From positions 768,001 to 832,000 of the forward strand of contig CBDBCY010000004.1 of the NCBI GenBank assembly GCA_965203555.1: DNA of 64,000 bases, in the 5' to 3' direction. This stretch comes from Acidimicrobiia bacterium. Its GTDB lineage: Bacteria > Actinomycetota > Acidimicrobiia > Spongiisociales > ZC4RG35. The notes beneath the pieces were generated by a model that did not search any database, had not been told where the DNA came from, and was given only the letters and a program-made list of their open reading frames with translations. The translations under genes were made by a program, and so were the position numbers. Below are positions 9,980 to 20,569 of this stretch, one piece after another. How positions within the stretch are numbered: position 1 is the first letter of the stretch; every line of letters begins with the position of its first letter.

Positions 9980-11323
9980 ATGACCTATCAGCATCTGGGA
10001 CGGGAGCGCCGTCGGCTCACCGCCACCGTGGAGGACCTCGAGGTCTCCCGGCAGAAAGCCTTCCTGGTGGGGATCCAGTTCGGCAGAAACTCCGCCGCGG
10101 AGTTGGAACAGTCCCTGGAAGAACTGGCCCTTCTCACCGACACCGCCGGATCTCTGCCGTCCGACCAAGCTGTGTTTCGCCGGTCCGCACCCGATCCCGG
10201 ACTGTTGATCGGTAAGGGTCAGGCTGCCCACTTGGCGGACCTCACCAAGAGTGAGGACATCGACGTGGTGGTTTTCGACCACTCTCTCACCCCCGCCCAG
10301 CAGCGCAATCTGCAGGCCATGTTCGAATGCGACGTGGTTGATCGGGAGGCGGTAATCCTGGACATATTCGCCCAACACGCCACCTCTCGGGAAGGATCAC
10401 TGCAGGTGGAATTGGCGTTGCTCCGCTATCGGTTGCCACGTCTGCGGGGAAAGGGTGGAGCGCTGTCCCAACAGGCGGGCGGCATCGGAACCCGTGGACC
10501 GGGAGAAACCAGACTGGAAAGTGACCGCCGTCGCATCAGGCGACGCATCTCGGTCCTGGAAAAAGATCTCGCTGCCCTCCGCAAGCACAACCAGACCCGT
10601 CGCCGTGCCCGAATCCGAACCGGGGCTCCTACCGCCGCCCTGGTGGGGTACACCAACGCCGGGAAGAGCACCCTGCTGAACCAACTCACCGGGGCGGGGA
10701 TCCTCACTGAGGACCGATTATTCACCACTTTGGATCCCACCATCCGCCGACTCCGACTTCCAGGGGGGCGAGAGATGCTTCTGGCCGACACGGTGGGATT
10801 CGTGCGGCGGCTGCCCCATCGTCTGGTAGAGGCGTTCAAGTCCACCCTGGAAGAAGTAAAAGACGCCGACCTGATGCTGCATATGGTCAACGCCGCCGAT
10901 CCCGACCCGGAGGGGCAGGTCGAAGCCGTCCGAGAGGTTCTGACCGAAATCGGAGCGGATACGGCTTCGACCATCACTGTGATCAACAAGATCGACGTGG
11001 CGCCAACCGCAGTTGTCAAACGCCTGCTGGGACGCAGCGAAACGGCGGTGGCGGTTTCGGCGTTAACCGGAGAAGGCGCCACCGATCTGATCGAAGCATT
11101 GGTGAAATGGCTGAACTCCCGATCATCCACCATCACCCTCTTGGTCCCCTACTCCCGGGGAGATGTGGTCGCCTCCCTCTACCGGATCGGAGAGGTCCTG
11201 ACCACCGATGCGACCCCGGACGGGATGCGGATCGAAGTCCGGCTTCCCCCCCACCAGGCAGCGCACTTCGCAGCCTTTGCGGAAACGTCAGCCACGGACG
11301 AGGGGCAAATCGGAGGACGGTAA
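9980..11323 (+). CDS. hflX: Ribosome-splitting GTPase HflX
   Basis: GIGTRGPGETRLE, GYTNAGKS, DTVGF and NKID motifs. Confidence 0.96.
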   Translation: MTYQHLGRERRRLTATVEDLEVSRQKAFLVGIQFGRNSAAELEQSLEELALLTDTAGSLPSDQAVFRRSAPDPGLLIGKGQAAHLADLTKSEDIDVVVFDHSLTPAQQRNLQAMFECDVVDREAVILDIFAQHATSREGSLQVELALLRYRLPRLRGKGGALSQQAGGIGTRGPGETRLESDRRRIRRRISVLEKDLAALRKHNQTRRRARIRTGAPTAALVGYTNAGKSTLLNQLTGAGILTEDRLFTTLDPTIRRLRLPGGREMLLADTVGFVRRLPHRLVEAFKSTLEEVKDADLMLHMVNAADPDPEGQVEAVREVLTEIGADTASTITVINKIDVAPTAVVKRLLGRSETAVAVSALTGEGATDLIEALVKWLNSRSSTITLLVPYSRGDVVASLYRIGEVLTTDATPDGMRIEVRLPPHQAAHFAAFAETSATDEGQIGGR

Positions 11324-11498
11324 ACCCGGCCCGTCGTCATTAGAACGCCACCGCCGTGACTGACGAAATGGTCTGCGGCTTCCATCCCGGGTATTGTCTG
11401 TACCGCGGAAGATCGTCGCGGGGTCGGATGCCTCCACCGGTCCGTCCTCCCGTAGGCGAACACAAGGACAAGAACCCAGTTGAAGTCGGGGTCCAAGA

Positions 11499-12356
11499 GT
11501 GAAACATGTCAAACTGTCGAAGATCGGACTGAAAAAGAGGCCTGACCTGAGCGAACGTTGGGTGCAGAAGGTGCTGGAGGACGATCCCTCCCTTCTGGGT
11601 CTCGGCGACCTTGACGTGAGGGACATCGAACGCCGTCAACCCCGCGCCGGCCGATTGGACATGCTGCTCACAGACTCCGACGGTTCCACTCGGTACGAAG
11701 TCGAACTGCAGTTGGGCGCCACGGACGAATCGCACATAATCCGCACCCTGGAATACTGGGACACCGAACGTCGTCGGTACCCCCAGTACGAGCATGTGGC
11801 CGTCATCGTGGCCGAGGAGATCACCAGTCGCTTCTTCAATGTGATAAGCCTGTTCAACGGGTTCATCCCGATCGTTGCCATCCAGATAACCGCCCTTGAC
11901 ATCAAGGACGAGGGCGTGGCCCTCGTCTTCACCAAAGTGATGGACCACTCGATCCTTGGAGAAGACGAGGATGACGTGGGTATCCCAACAGACCGCCACT
12001 ATTGGGAGAAGAGATCGACGCCGGAGATCATGAAGCAGTTGGTGGACCAGATTCACAACGCGATCCGAGAGCAAGATTCCGGAGTGGATCTCAAGTACAA
12101 CAAGCATTACATCGGTCTGGCCAAGAACGGAATAGCGAACAACTATGTGGCAATGAAGCCGCGCAAAGGAAGGGTGGTGGCCGAGTTCCGCATCCAGCGC
12201 TCGGAAGAAGTGACCAACATGATCAACGAGGCCGGCATAGGCACCCTTCCTTACAAATGGGGTTGCTACCGGGTCGCCATCCCCAACACAAGAGCCCTGG
12301 AAGAACACAGCGAGTTGCTGCGGGATCTGATACGGCGCAGCAAGGACGGAAAATGA
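11499..12356 (+). CDS. PD-(D/E)XK nuclease-like (NucS/DUF5655-like) protein
   Basis: E...Q, GRLDML, YEVELQLG, DESHIIRTLEYW and AVIVAE pattern. Confidence 0.65.
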   Translation: MKHVKLSKIGLKKRPDLSERWVQKVLEDDPSLLGLGDLDVRDIERRQPRAGRLDMLLTDSDGSTRYEVELQLGATDESHIIRTLEYWDTERRRYPQYEHVAVIVAEEITSRFFNVISLFNGFIPIVAIQITALDIKDEGVALVFTKVMDHSILGEDEDDVGIPTDRHYWEKRSTPEIMKQLVDQIHNAIREQDSGVDLKYNKHYIGLAKNGIANNYVAMKPRKGRVVAEFRIQRSEEVTNMINEAGIGTLPYKWGCYRVAIPNTRALEEHSELLRDLIRRSKDGK

Positions 12357-12526
12357 GCCGGTGGGTTCGATTCCCGCCGGACATGCCCGTTGCCGGAGGG
12401 GGACATCATGATTCAGACCGGAACGTAGACATCATCCGTAGCCTGGAGAGAATGCGACGCCTCAAAGCATCTTGTATCCCCCACAGACACGGGGGCATTC
12501 GGTGATCGTCAACAGCCGCGGTGGCT

Positions 12527-13315
12527 TTATTCGCCGTGCCGCAGGACTTCACCGCCGATCAGGTCCGGTCTGGCTGCTGCCAAGGCTGCCCCCACAATTC
12601 CCGCGTGGTTACCGAACCGGGCGGGTCTGAGTTCCACGGACACATCAAGATACCGGCTGTACTTGGCCCACTTGTTCACACCCCCGCCTCCGATCACTAT
12701 CAAATCCGGGGCAAACAGGGCCACGACGTGACGTAGATAGCGATTGAGCCGCTTTCCCCACTTCTTCCAACTGAGGTCGCTCTGTTTGTAAACACGGTAA
12801 GCCACGCGATCCTCGATGGGACGGTGACCACCCAACTCCAGCATGCCCAGTTCGAAGTTGGGAATCAGCCGGCCGTCGTACAGCAGGCCGCTGCCGATCC
12901 CAGTTCCCAGAGTGATCATCAAAACCGCTCCGCGGCGACCCCGGGCCGACCCGAACCTCACTTCCGCCAGACCGGCCGCGTCGGCGTCATTGAGAACGGT
13001 GACCGGCGACCCGACGACCCCCGAGAAAGTTGTCACCACATCGGCGCCCAGCCAAACATCGTCCAGGTGGGTGGCGGTGCCGACGATTCCTGTTTTCACA
13101 ACCCCGGGAAATCCGCACCCCACCGCCAGCAACGGATCTTCCCAATCCTTGCGGAAGTGGGCGACGATCTCGGCCAAAACCCCCGCCACCTCGTTGATGG
13201 TGCCGGGACGGGGCGTAGGTATCCGAAGTCGCTTGGACAGGATCTCCCCCGTGGCGGTGTCCACAACGTTTCCCTTCATCCCGGACCCGCCGATGTCGAC
13301 ACCCAGAGCCAACAT
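12527..13315 (-). CDS. ppgK: ROK-family polyphosphate/ATP glucokinase
   Basis: GVDIGGSGMKG, NDADAAGLAE, TLGTGIGSG and NHAGIVGAA motifs. Confidence 0.9.
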   Translation of the reverse strand: MLALGVDIGGSGMKGNVVDTATGEILSKRLRIPTPRPGTINEVAGVLAEIVAHFRKDWEDPLLAVGCGFPGVVKTGIVGTATHLDDVWLGADVVTTFSGVVGSPVTVLNDADAAGLAEVRFGSARGRRGAVLMITLGTGIGSGLLYDGRLIPNFELGMLELGGHRPIEDRVAYRVYKQSDLSWKKWGKRLNRYLRHVVALFAPDLIVIGGGGVNKWAKYSRYLDVSVELRPARFGNHAGIVGAALAAARPDLIGGEVLRHGE

Positions 13316-13317
13316 AC

Positions 13318-14673
13318 CTAATCCTCCTCCCGGCCCACTCTCTTCAATACCCGGTCGATCTCTGCCAATCGCCTTCTGACCTCCGCTTCAAACCCGTTGT
13401 GGCTCGGGAAGAAAAACACTTGAGGACTCACTTCCGGTGGGAAATAGGACTGGCGAACGATGTGACCGGGACGATCGTGTGGGTAAACATAACCTTTCCC
13501 GTGCCCTATCCTATCCGCTCCACGATAGCCGGTGCTGCGCAAGTGGAGGGGCACTGAAGGGCTTGGTCCCTCCCGGACAGCCTCCCTGGCTCGACCAATG
13601 GCCGAAGTGACCGAATTGGATTTGGGGGACGTTGCCAAAAACAAAGTGGCATGGGCCAAGTGGTAGGCAGCCTCGGGCATCCCGACGTAGGAAAGGGCCT
13701 GGGCCGCCGAGGCCGCCACCGCCAGCGCCCAACGGTCCGCCAAACCGATGTCCTCCGAAGCCAGGATCAACAGCCTCCGGGCGATGAACTCGGGATCCTC
13801 TCCGCCTTCCAGCATGAGAAACAACCAGTAGAGCGCCGCGTCCGGATCAGAACCGCGCACACTCTTGATGAAAGCCGAAATCACGTCGTAGTGACGATCT
13901 CCCGCCTTGTCGTATTGCACGATGCGCTGCCCCAGCGCCTCGGAGATGTCGTCGGTCTCAATGCAGACCGATCCCCGTCCCTTGGCGAGATGGGCCGCCA
14001 CTTCCAAGACGTTCAGCAAGCCGCGGGCGTCTCCGCCCGACCTGGCGACGAGAGCTTCCACAGCAGGTTCCGCCATCCGCAGACGATCCCTGCCCAGTCC
14101 CCTCTTTTGGTCCGAGAGCGCCTCTTCCACCAAGGCGGTCAGAGCCTGGCCCGGAATGGGCTGGGTACGGAACAACACCAGCCTGCTCATGAGGGGGGTA
14201 TTGATCTCGAAAAAGGGATTCTCGGTGGTGGCGCCGATCAGGATCAGGGTCCCATTTTCCACGCCCGGTAGGAGAGCATCCTGTTGGTTCTTGGAAAAGC
14301 GGTGAATCTCGTCGAGGAACAGAACGGTGCGGCGCCCATCACTTTCCAGTCGACGCTTGGCGGCCCCCAAGACCTCTCTGACCTGCTTCACGCCGGCGGA
14401 AGTGGCGCTGAGGGTGGCGAACGAACCCGAACAGTAGGAGGCCACCAGCCGCGCCAGGGTTGTCTTGCCGGTCCCCGGCGGACCCCACAACACCATCGAG
14501 ACCGGGTTGCCTGACTCGACCAGGACCCGGAAGGCCGCCCCGGGACGCAGAAGGTGCGGGAGTCCCATCACCTCATCCAGATCGCGAGGCCGCATCCGCT
14601 CTGCCAGGGGGGCCACCTCCGCCAAGACCTCTGAACGCCGGGCGGCAAACAGGTCATCGGCAGGGTATGTCAT
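13318..14673 (-). CDS. rarA: Replication-associated recombination protein A
   Basis: PLAERMRP, GPPGTGKT, DEIHRF, GATTENP and SAFIKSVRGSDPDAA motifs. Confidence 0.95.
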   Translation of the reverse strand: MTYPADDLFAARRSEVLAEVAPLAERMRPRDLDEVMGLPHLLRPGAAFRVLVESGNPVSMVLWGPPGTGKTTLARLVASYCSGSFATLSATSAGVKQVREVLGAAKRRLESDGRRTVLFLDEIHRFSKNQQDALLPGVENGTLILIGATTENPFFEINTPLMSRLVLFRTQPIPGQALTALVEEALSDQKRGLGRDRLRMAEPAVEALVARSGGDARGLLNVLEVAAHLAKGRGSVCIETDDISEALGQRIVQYDKAGDRHYDVISAFIKSVRGSDPDAALYWLFLMLEGGEDPEFIARRLLILASEDIGLADRWALAVAASAAQALSYVGMPEAAYHLAHATLFLATSPKSNSVTSAIGRAREAVREGPSPSVPLHLRSTGYRGADRIGHGKGYVYPHDRPGHIVRQSYFPPEVSPQVFFFPSHNGFEAEVRRRLAEIDRVLKRVGREED

Positions 14674-14679
14674 TTGTTC

Positions 14680-16431
14680 CTACCCCGGAGGCCTGGCTCT
14701 CGCCCTGCGTGGATCGACAACTATTCCCAACTCCGCCAACTGCCGGGGGTCCACCGTCGCCGGGCTGTGGCTGAGCGGCTCAGCCCCGGTCTGGGTCTTG
14801 GGAAAGGGAATTATCTCCCGGATGCTCGGGACTCCGCGAAGCACCGCCACCAGACGGTCAAACCCCACTGCGAAACCCGCATGGGGAGGGGCGCCGTACC
14901 TCAACGCCTTGATGAACCACCCGAACCGCTCCTCTGCCTCCTTCTCCGGAATGCCCATGATCTCAAAGACCCGCCGCTGGGTGTCGGGATCGTGAATCCG
15001 CACACTTCCCGAACCCAGTTCCACGCCGTTCAAGACCAGGTCATAGGACCGCGCCACCGCCTCCAGGGGACGATTCGTCATCTGTTCCACGTCGGTGGGA
15101 GAAGTGAAGGGATGGTGGAGGAAAGTGATCTCTCCATCCTTTTCCTCGAACATGGGAAAGTCCACCACCCACAGAAACTCCAAGGCATCCGGATCGTCCG
15201 GCGCGCCCAGGTCCAACCGGAGACGACCCAGGGTGTCGGCGGTGGTCTTCTCCGTATCGGCCACCAGCAACAGCACGTCGCCGGGCTCGCCCTCCAGATG
15301 GGCCACCACCCCGGTCAATTCAGCGTCCGACAGGAACTTGGCCACCGGGGACCTGGGAGGAGCCTCCGAACGGACCACCATCCAGACCAGGCCTCCCGCT
15401 CCCCATTGCCGGGCCTTGGCGATCATGGCGTCGGCCCGGGCCCGGCTCATCGCCATCTGCCCGGCGTTGATTCCCCGGACCACTCCTCCCGACCCCAGGA
15501 CATTGGAGAACGCCCGGAAGCCGGTGCGGGAAAACACATCCGACAGTTCGACTATCCGCATGCCGAAGCGCAGATCCGGTTTGTCCGTGCCGTAACGGGC
15601 CATGGCTTCGGAGTACGTGAGGCGCGGCAAAGGTGCGGGGACATCCTGGTCCGGCCGCAGCGCCGACGCCACCGCCCTCACCACCTTCTCCACCGTAGCC
15701 AGTACGTCCTCCTGATCCCAGAAGGAGCCCTCCAGATCGATCTGGGTGAACTCCAACTGCCGGTCGGCCCGGAAATCTTCGTCCCGGTAGCAGCGACACA
15801 TCTGGTAGTAGCGGCTCACCCCCGACATCATCAGGAGTTGCTTGTAGATCTGGGGCGATTGGGGCAGGGCGTAGAAGGCGCCGGGATTGTGGCGGCTGGG
15901 CACCAGCAGGTCGCGGGCGCCCTCGGGGGTGGAACGAATCAGGGTGGGGGTTTCCACTTCCCAGAACCCCATGTCCTCCAGCGTTCGCCGCACGGTTCGA
16001 AGCGCCATGGAACGAGCGCGAAGATTGCCGGCCATCCGTGGGCGACGCAGATCCAGGTAGCGGTACTCGAGGCGCAGGAGTTCTTCGGCATCGGTCCGGT
16101 CCTCGATCAGGAAGGGAAGTTCCTCCGAGCGACTCAGGATGGTCAGCTCATGCACGTCCATCTCGACCCTTCCACTGGACATCGCCGGATTCTCCGCTCC
16201 CTCCGGGCGCCGGCGGATCACTCCCTGCGCCTGCACGCAGAACTCCCGGCGCAACAGAACGGATTCCTCTATCCGTTCAGGTTCCATCACCACCTGCACC
16301 ACCCCGGTATGATCGCGCAAGTCCACGAACACCACCCCTCCGTGATGGCGCCTGCGGTCGACCCATCCCGCCAGGGTGACCCTCTCCCCCACTATTTCCA
16401 GGCCCACTTGCGAGGCGGTGTGACTTCTCAC
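14680..16431 (-). CDS. aspS: Aspartyl-tRNA synthetase
   Basis: RLEYRYLDLR, STPEGARD, ALPQSPQ, RDEDFRADRQ and GAPPHAG motifs. Confidence 0.97.
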   Translation of the reverse strand: MRSHTASQVGLEIVGERVTLAGWVDRRRHHGGVVFVDLRDHTGVVQVVMEPERIEESVLLRREFCVQAQGVIRRRPEGAENPAMSSGRVEMDVHELTILSRSEELPFLIEDRTDAEELLRLEYRYLDLRRPRMAGNLRARSMALRTVRRTLEDMGFWEVETPTLIRSTPEGARDLLVPSRHNPGAFYALPQSPQIYKQLLMMSGVSRYYQMCRCYRDEDFRADRQLEFTQIDLEGSFWDQEDVLATVEKVVRAVASALRPDQDVPAPLPRLTYSEAMARYGTDKPDLRFGMRIVELSDVFSRTGFRAFSNVLGSGGVVRGINAGQMAMSRARADAMIAKARQWGAGGLVWMVVRSEAPPRSPVAKFLSDAELTGVVAHLEGEPGDVLLLVADTEKTTADTLGRLRLDLGAPDDPDALEFLWVVDFPMFEEKDGEITFLHHPFTSPTDVEQMTNRPLEAVARSYDLVLNGVELGSGSVRIHDPDTQRRVFEIMGIPEKEAEERFGWFIKALRYGAPPHAGFAVGFDRLVAVLRGVPSIREIIPFPKTQTGAEPLSHSPATVDPRQLAELGIVVDPRRARARPPG

Positions 16432-17654
16432 GACCTTCCCTCCTTGATCGCCGCCTTTCTTGCCCAGTCTCCCACTCCCTCCCTGAACAGAGTCTCCCGA
16501 TCATATCCTTCTCGCATTTCCATTCTTATCCCGCTCACGACCCCCACATACCTCGCCCCTGAACGGGTGGCGGCCCGGAACTGCGCTTTCACGCTGCGGC
16601 TTTCCAAGTCGAACCCCACCCTCAGTCCCTCTTCGCGAAGAGGGGCCGCCCATTCCATCAGATCGGTGGGAGTTACCGGCTTCTCTGCAACCAGGAAGAC
16701 ATCCAGAGCGGTCTCCGGCGCCGGCGAGGCGGCCATCAGGATCCTGTCGATCCCCGCGGCGAACCCCACTCCCGGAGCAGGCCTTCCACCCAATGACTCG
16801 GCCAGTCCGTCATATCGACCGCCCCCCAGCACCGTCGACTGGGTCGTCTCCAAGGTGGTGGAGACGAATTCAAAAGTGGTGCGGGAGTAGTAGTCGAGTC
16901 CCCGCACCAGGCGCGCCGAACGCCGGTACTCGACGCCCAGACGATCCAAGCCCTCCCGGACTCGGCGGAAGTTGTCCCGGCACACCGAACACCAATAGGA
17001 GGCGATATCGGGCAGGACCGCCGCGTCCGGCCTGCATCTCGAGCAATCCAGGATGCGTAACGGGTTCAATTCAACCAACTCGAGATGGTTCACGCAGAGG
17101 TCGTCCCTGTTGCGTCCCAGCACCTCCCTCAGATCCGCCAGGTACACCCCCCGGCACCTGGAATCTCCCAGGCTGTTGATCAGAAGCCGCGTCTGCACTC
17201 CCAATTTGGACAGGAAGGTGTCGGCCAGGGCTATCACCTCGACGTCAGCCGCCTCCGAAGCCGAGCCGATGCACTCCACCCCAACCTGCCAGAACTGGCG
17301 CCTACGGCCCCCCTGAGGCTGTTCGTAGCGGAACATGGGTCCCGAGTAGGCGACCTTCCACAACCCGGTCCCTCCCCTTTGCAGGTACGCCCTCATCACA
17401 CCGGCGGTCCCCTCCGGGCGCAGACTCAACGATCTTCCCCTCCGGTCCAAGAAGGTGTACATCTGTTTGGTCACCATCTCGTTGGTCTCTCCCACCCCCC
17501 GCTCGAACAGCTCGGTGAATTCGAAGATGGGAGTGATCACCAACTCGTATCCGTAGGATGCCGAAAGGTTTTCCCACATGGCCAGCGCCTTCCGCCATCG
17601 GGAGGATTGCGGCGGACCGATCACATCGGTCCCCTTGGGGAGGCGGATGACCAT
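16428..17654 (-). CDS. hisS: Histidyl-tRNA synthetase
   Basis: LRPEGTAG, FRYEQPQ..RRRQF, LVRGLDYY and GGGRYDGL motifs. Confidence 0.97.
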   Translation of the reverse strand: MVIRLPKGTDVIGPPQSSRWRKALAMWENLSASYGYELVITPIFEFTELFERGVGETNEMVTKQMYTFLDRRGRSLSLRPEGTAGVMRAYLQRGGTGLWKVAYSGPMFRYEQPQGGRRRQFWQVGVECIGSASEAADVEVIALADTFLSKLGVQTRLLINSLGDSRCRGVYLADLREVLGRNRDDLCVNHLELVELNPLRILDCSRCRPDAAVLPDIASYWCSVCRDNFRRVREGLDRLGVEYRRSARLVRGLDYYSRTTFEFVSTTLETTQSTVLGGGRYDGLAESLGGRPAPGVGFAAGIDRILMAASPAPETALDVFLVAEKPVTPTDLMEWAAPLREEGLRVGFDLESRSVKAQFRAATRSGARYVGVVSGIRMEMREGYDRETLFREGVGDWARKAAIKEGRS

Positions 17655-17657
17655 CGT

Positions 17658-18305
17658 CTAGATCAAGCTCAGCAAGTAGGGATTGAGGTTGCGTTCCAGC
17701 CCGAGGGTAGTGCTCTCCCCGTGTCCGGGCAGCACGATCGTTTCGAACGGCAGGACAAGGATCTTGCGGCGCATGCTCTCCATCAAAGCGTCATAGTCAC
17801 CCCCCGGCAGATCGGTGCGCCCGATGGAACCGCGGAACAACTGGTCTCCCGAGAACAGAATGCCTTGGTCCCGAAGATGGAAGCAACAATGGCCCGGGGT
17901 GTGTCCGGGTGTGTGCAGAACAGTCATCTCCAGTCCCGCCAGGTTCAGCACCTCCCCGTCCGACAGGTCCCGGCGGACGGCAGGAGGGCGGTAGTCACCC
18001 GCAGGGATGACGCCCATCAGGTTGAGCAGTTGTCGATGGGGGTCCAGCGTCAGAAAGTCATCATCGGGATGGATGTGGGAAACCACGCCCAATCGCTCCT
18101 CGGCGGCCCCGGCGCCTCCCATGTGATCGACGTGACCGTGGGTGAGAAGCAGCGCCACCGGCGCCAGGTCGTACTTGGCGCACAGAGCGGCCACCCCGCC
18201 GGGGTCGGGAGGGGCGTCCACCACTACGCAGGGCCCGCCCGCCTCCGGCGCAACCACATAGCAGTTGGTCTGGGTAAACCAGAGAGAAACACTGTCAACC
18301 AGCAT
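17658..18305 (-). CDS. MBL-fold metallo-hydrolase (glyoxalase II-like)
   Basis: THGHVDH, HTPGHTPG, GSIGRTDL and PGHG motifs. Confidence 0.92.
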   Translation of the reverse strand: MLVDSVSLWFTQTNCYVVAPEAGGPCVVVDAPPDPGGVAALCAKYDLAPVALLLTHGHVDHMGGAGAAEERLGVVSHIHPDDDFLTLDPHRQLLNLMGVIPAGDYRPPAVRRDLSDGEVLNLAGLEMTVLHTPGHTPGHCCFHLRDQGILFSGDQLFRGSIGRTDLPGGDYDALMESMRRKILVLPFETIVLPGHGESTTLGLERNLNPYLLSLI

Positions 18306-18315
18306 CGGGGCCCGA

Positions 18316-20532
18316 TCAGTAAAGAAGGTCCGACGTGATCCTGAAAGCCTTGAACACTCCGTCCACGCCCTTCAGATCCGACAGCATACGCTGCAACTGG
18401 CCGGCGTCGGAGAGCTCAACTTCATACTGGAAGACTGCCACCAGGTCGTCCCCCACCGCCGAGGTGGCCGCAGTGATGTTGCCTCCGATCTCCGAAATCA
18501 CCGCGGTCACATCCCGCAGCAACCGGGTTCGGTCCAGCGCCTCCACCTGCACCCAGACGGTGAAGGCGTTGATCCGATCCAGCGACCACGCCACCTCCAC
18601 CATCCGGTCCATCCCCGGGGAGCGGTCGGTCAGGTTGGTGCACTCCGTCTGGTGCACCGAAACACCCCGACCCATGGTGACGTAGCCGATTATCTCATCC
18701 GAAGGAACAGGAGAGCAGCACCGGGCCAGGTTGACCATGGTGTCGCCCATACCTTCCACCAGGATTCCCGGAGAGTCATCGTCGACTCTGCGGCGGCGCA
18801 GGGGAGAAGATAGCATATCCACCTTGTCCTGGGCTTCGGGAAGCGCAGGTTTCACAGCCCGTTCCAAGCGCAGGATCACGGTGCGGGGGGCAATATCCCC
18901 TTCTCCCAACGCCAGGAAGAGATGGTCCACCTCGCTTCTGCCCAGATCCTCGGCAATGGAAGCCAGTAGCCGATCCCGGGCAGCGGCAGTCAATCCCAGC
19001 CGTGCCTTGCGAAGCTCCGCCCACAGCAATTCCCGTCCTTCCGCCATGGATTGGGCCCGCCTCTCCTTGGAGAACCACTGTTTGATCTTGGTTCGGGCCC
19101 GAGAGGTCTTGACGGTCTTCAACCAGTCCCGGCTGGGCCCCACCCCCTGGGAACGGGAGGTAATGATTTCCACCACGTCACCCGAGGAGAGAGGCGTGGA
19201 GAGTGGCAGCAACCGCCCGTTTACCCTCGCTCCCACGCAGCGGTCCCCCACCTCGGTGTGGATTGAATAGGCAAAGTCCACCGGAGTGGCCCCCGCCGGA
19301 AACTGCTTGACCTCGCCCCGGGGGGTTATCACGAAGACCTCGTCACGGTAGAGATCCAGCTTGAGGTGATCCAGAAACTCTCGAGGATCCTCAAATTCCT
19401 CTCTCAATCCGCCCAGGTCGCCGACCCACTCCAGGTCCACCGCTCCGGGGCCTTCCTTGTAGCGCCAGTGGGCGGCGATGCCCCGCTCCGCCAGTTGGTG
19501 CATCTCTGCGGTACGGATCTGGATTTCTATGGCCTTGCCGTCGATCCCCACCACAGTGGTGTGCAGACTCTGATAGAGATTGGTCTTGGGCATCGCTATG
19601 AAGTCTTTGAACCGACCGCTGAGCGGCGGCCAATGGGAGTGAATGTCCCCCAGGGCGGCATAGCAGTCCCGGATTCGGGGAACCACTACCCTGATGCCGA
19701 TCAGGTCGTAGATTTCTTCGAATTGTTTGCCGGATTCCACCATTTTCCGGTAAATGGAGTAGTGATGCTTGGGTCGTCCGCTCACCTCGGCGGAGATTCC
19801 CGCATCGGCCAGAATCCCCGACACCTCCTCGATCATCTTGTCTATCGCCACTTGCCGTTCGGGCGCCAGCTCCAGCAACTTGTGATCGATCTCGGCGTAG
19901 GGCCCGGGGTACAGGATCGCCAGGCATCGGTCCTCGAGTTCGTGCTTGATCTCCTGTATTCCCAGCCGGTGGGCCAGGGGTGCATACACGTCCAGGGTCT
20001 CGGTGGCCACTGCCCTCTGCTTGACAGGCTGCAGGGCGCTGACTGTTCGCATGTTGTGCAGGCGGTCGCACAGCTTTATGACCAGTACCCGCACATCGCG
20101 GGCCATTGCCACCACCATCTTGCGAATAGTGGCCGCCTGGGCCTCCTCCCGGTTCGGATAGGAGATCCGATCCAGCTTGGTGACCCCATCGATCAAATCT
20201 GCTATCTCAATGCCGAATTGCTTCTTGACGTCCTTGTATGCGAGTTCAGTGTCTTCCAGCGTATCGTGCAGCAACCCGGCGGCCAGGGTGGCCACATCCA
20301 TTCCCAGGTCGGCCAGTATGCGGGTTACGGTGACCGGGTGAACGATGTAAGGGTCCCCTGACTTGCGCAACTGGCCCCGATGAGCCTCCTCCGCCACCGA
20401 ATACGCCCGCCGCAGCAACGCCACGTCTTCCCCCGGGTGATGCTTGAGAAAACGCGATACCACCCTGGCCAACGGGTCGTCCGACCCGGGAGGGTGATAA
20501 GGAGTGGGGCGCCGCGCCGAGGTCTCGGCCAC
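18316..20532 (-). CDS. relA: Bifunctional (p)ppGpp synthetase/hydrolase
   Basis: HD motif LLHDTLED, YAPLAHRLG, YQSLHT, EIQIRT, TGS and ACT domains; start estimated at GTG 20532, just after secF. Confidence 0.95.
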   Translation of the reverse strand: MAETSARRPTPYHPPGSDDPLARVVSRFLKHHPGEDVALLRRAYSVAEEAHRGQLRKSGDPYIVHPVTVTRILADLGMDVATLAAGLLHDTLEDTELAYKDVKKQFGIEIADLIDGVTKLDRISYPNREEAQAATIRKMVVAMARDVRVLVIKLCDRLHNMRTVSALQPVKQRAVATETLDVYAPLAHRLGIQEIKHELEDRCLAILYPGPYAEIDHKLLELAPERQVAIDKMIEEVSGILADAGISAEVSGRPKHHYSIYRKMVESGKQFEEIYDLIGIRVVVPRIRDCYAALGDIHSHWPPLSGRFKDFIAMPKTNLYQSLHTTVVGIDGKAIEIQIRTAEMHQLAERGIAAHWRYKEGPGAVDLEWVGDLGGLREEFEDPREFLDHLKLDLYRDEVFVITPRGEVKQFPAGATPVDFAYSIHTEVGDRCVGARVNGRLLPLSTPLSSGDVVEIITSRSQGVGPSRDWLKTVKTSRARTKIKQWFSKERRAQSMAEGRELLWAELRKARLGLTAAARDRLLASIAEDLGRSEVDHLFLALGEGDIAPRTVILRLERAVKPALPEAQDKVDMLSSPLRRRRVDDDSPGILVEGMGDTMVNLARCCSPVPSDEIIGYVTMGRGVSVHQTECTNLTDRSPGMDRMVEVAWSLDRINAFTVWVQVEALDRTRLLRDVTAVISEIGGNITAATSAVGDDLVAVFQYEVELSDAGQLQRMLSDLKGVDGVFKAFRITSDLLY

Positions 20533-20569
20533 GACCCCAAGTGTAACTGCCCTCCGGTCCGACCGGGCC

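Noticed and set aside
14674-16890. 738-aa plus-strand ORF and similar long antisense ORFs (e.g. 17085..18338, 24580..25998, 53426..54673)
   Set aside because: These are shadow frames opposite well-supported genes, expected in high-GC DNA, and carry no recognisable motifs.
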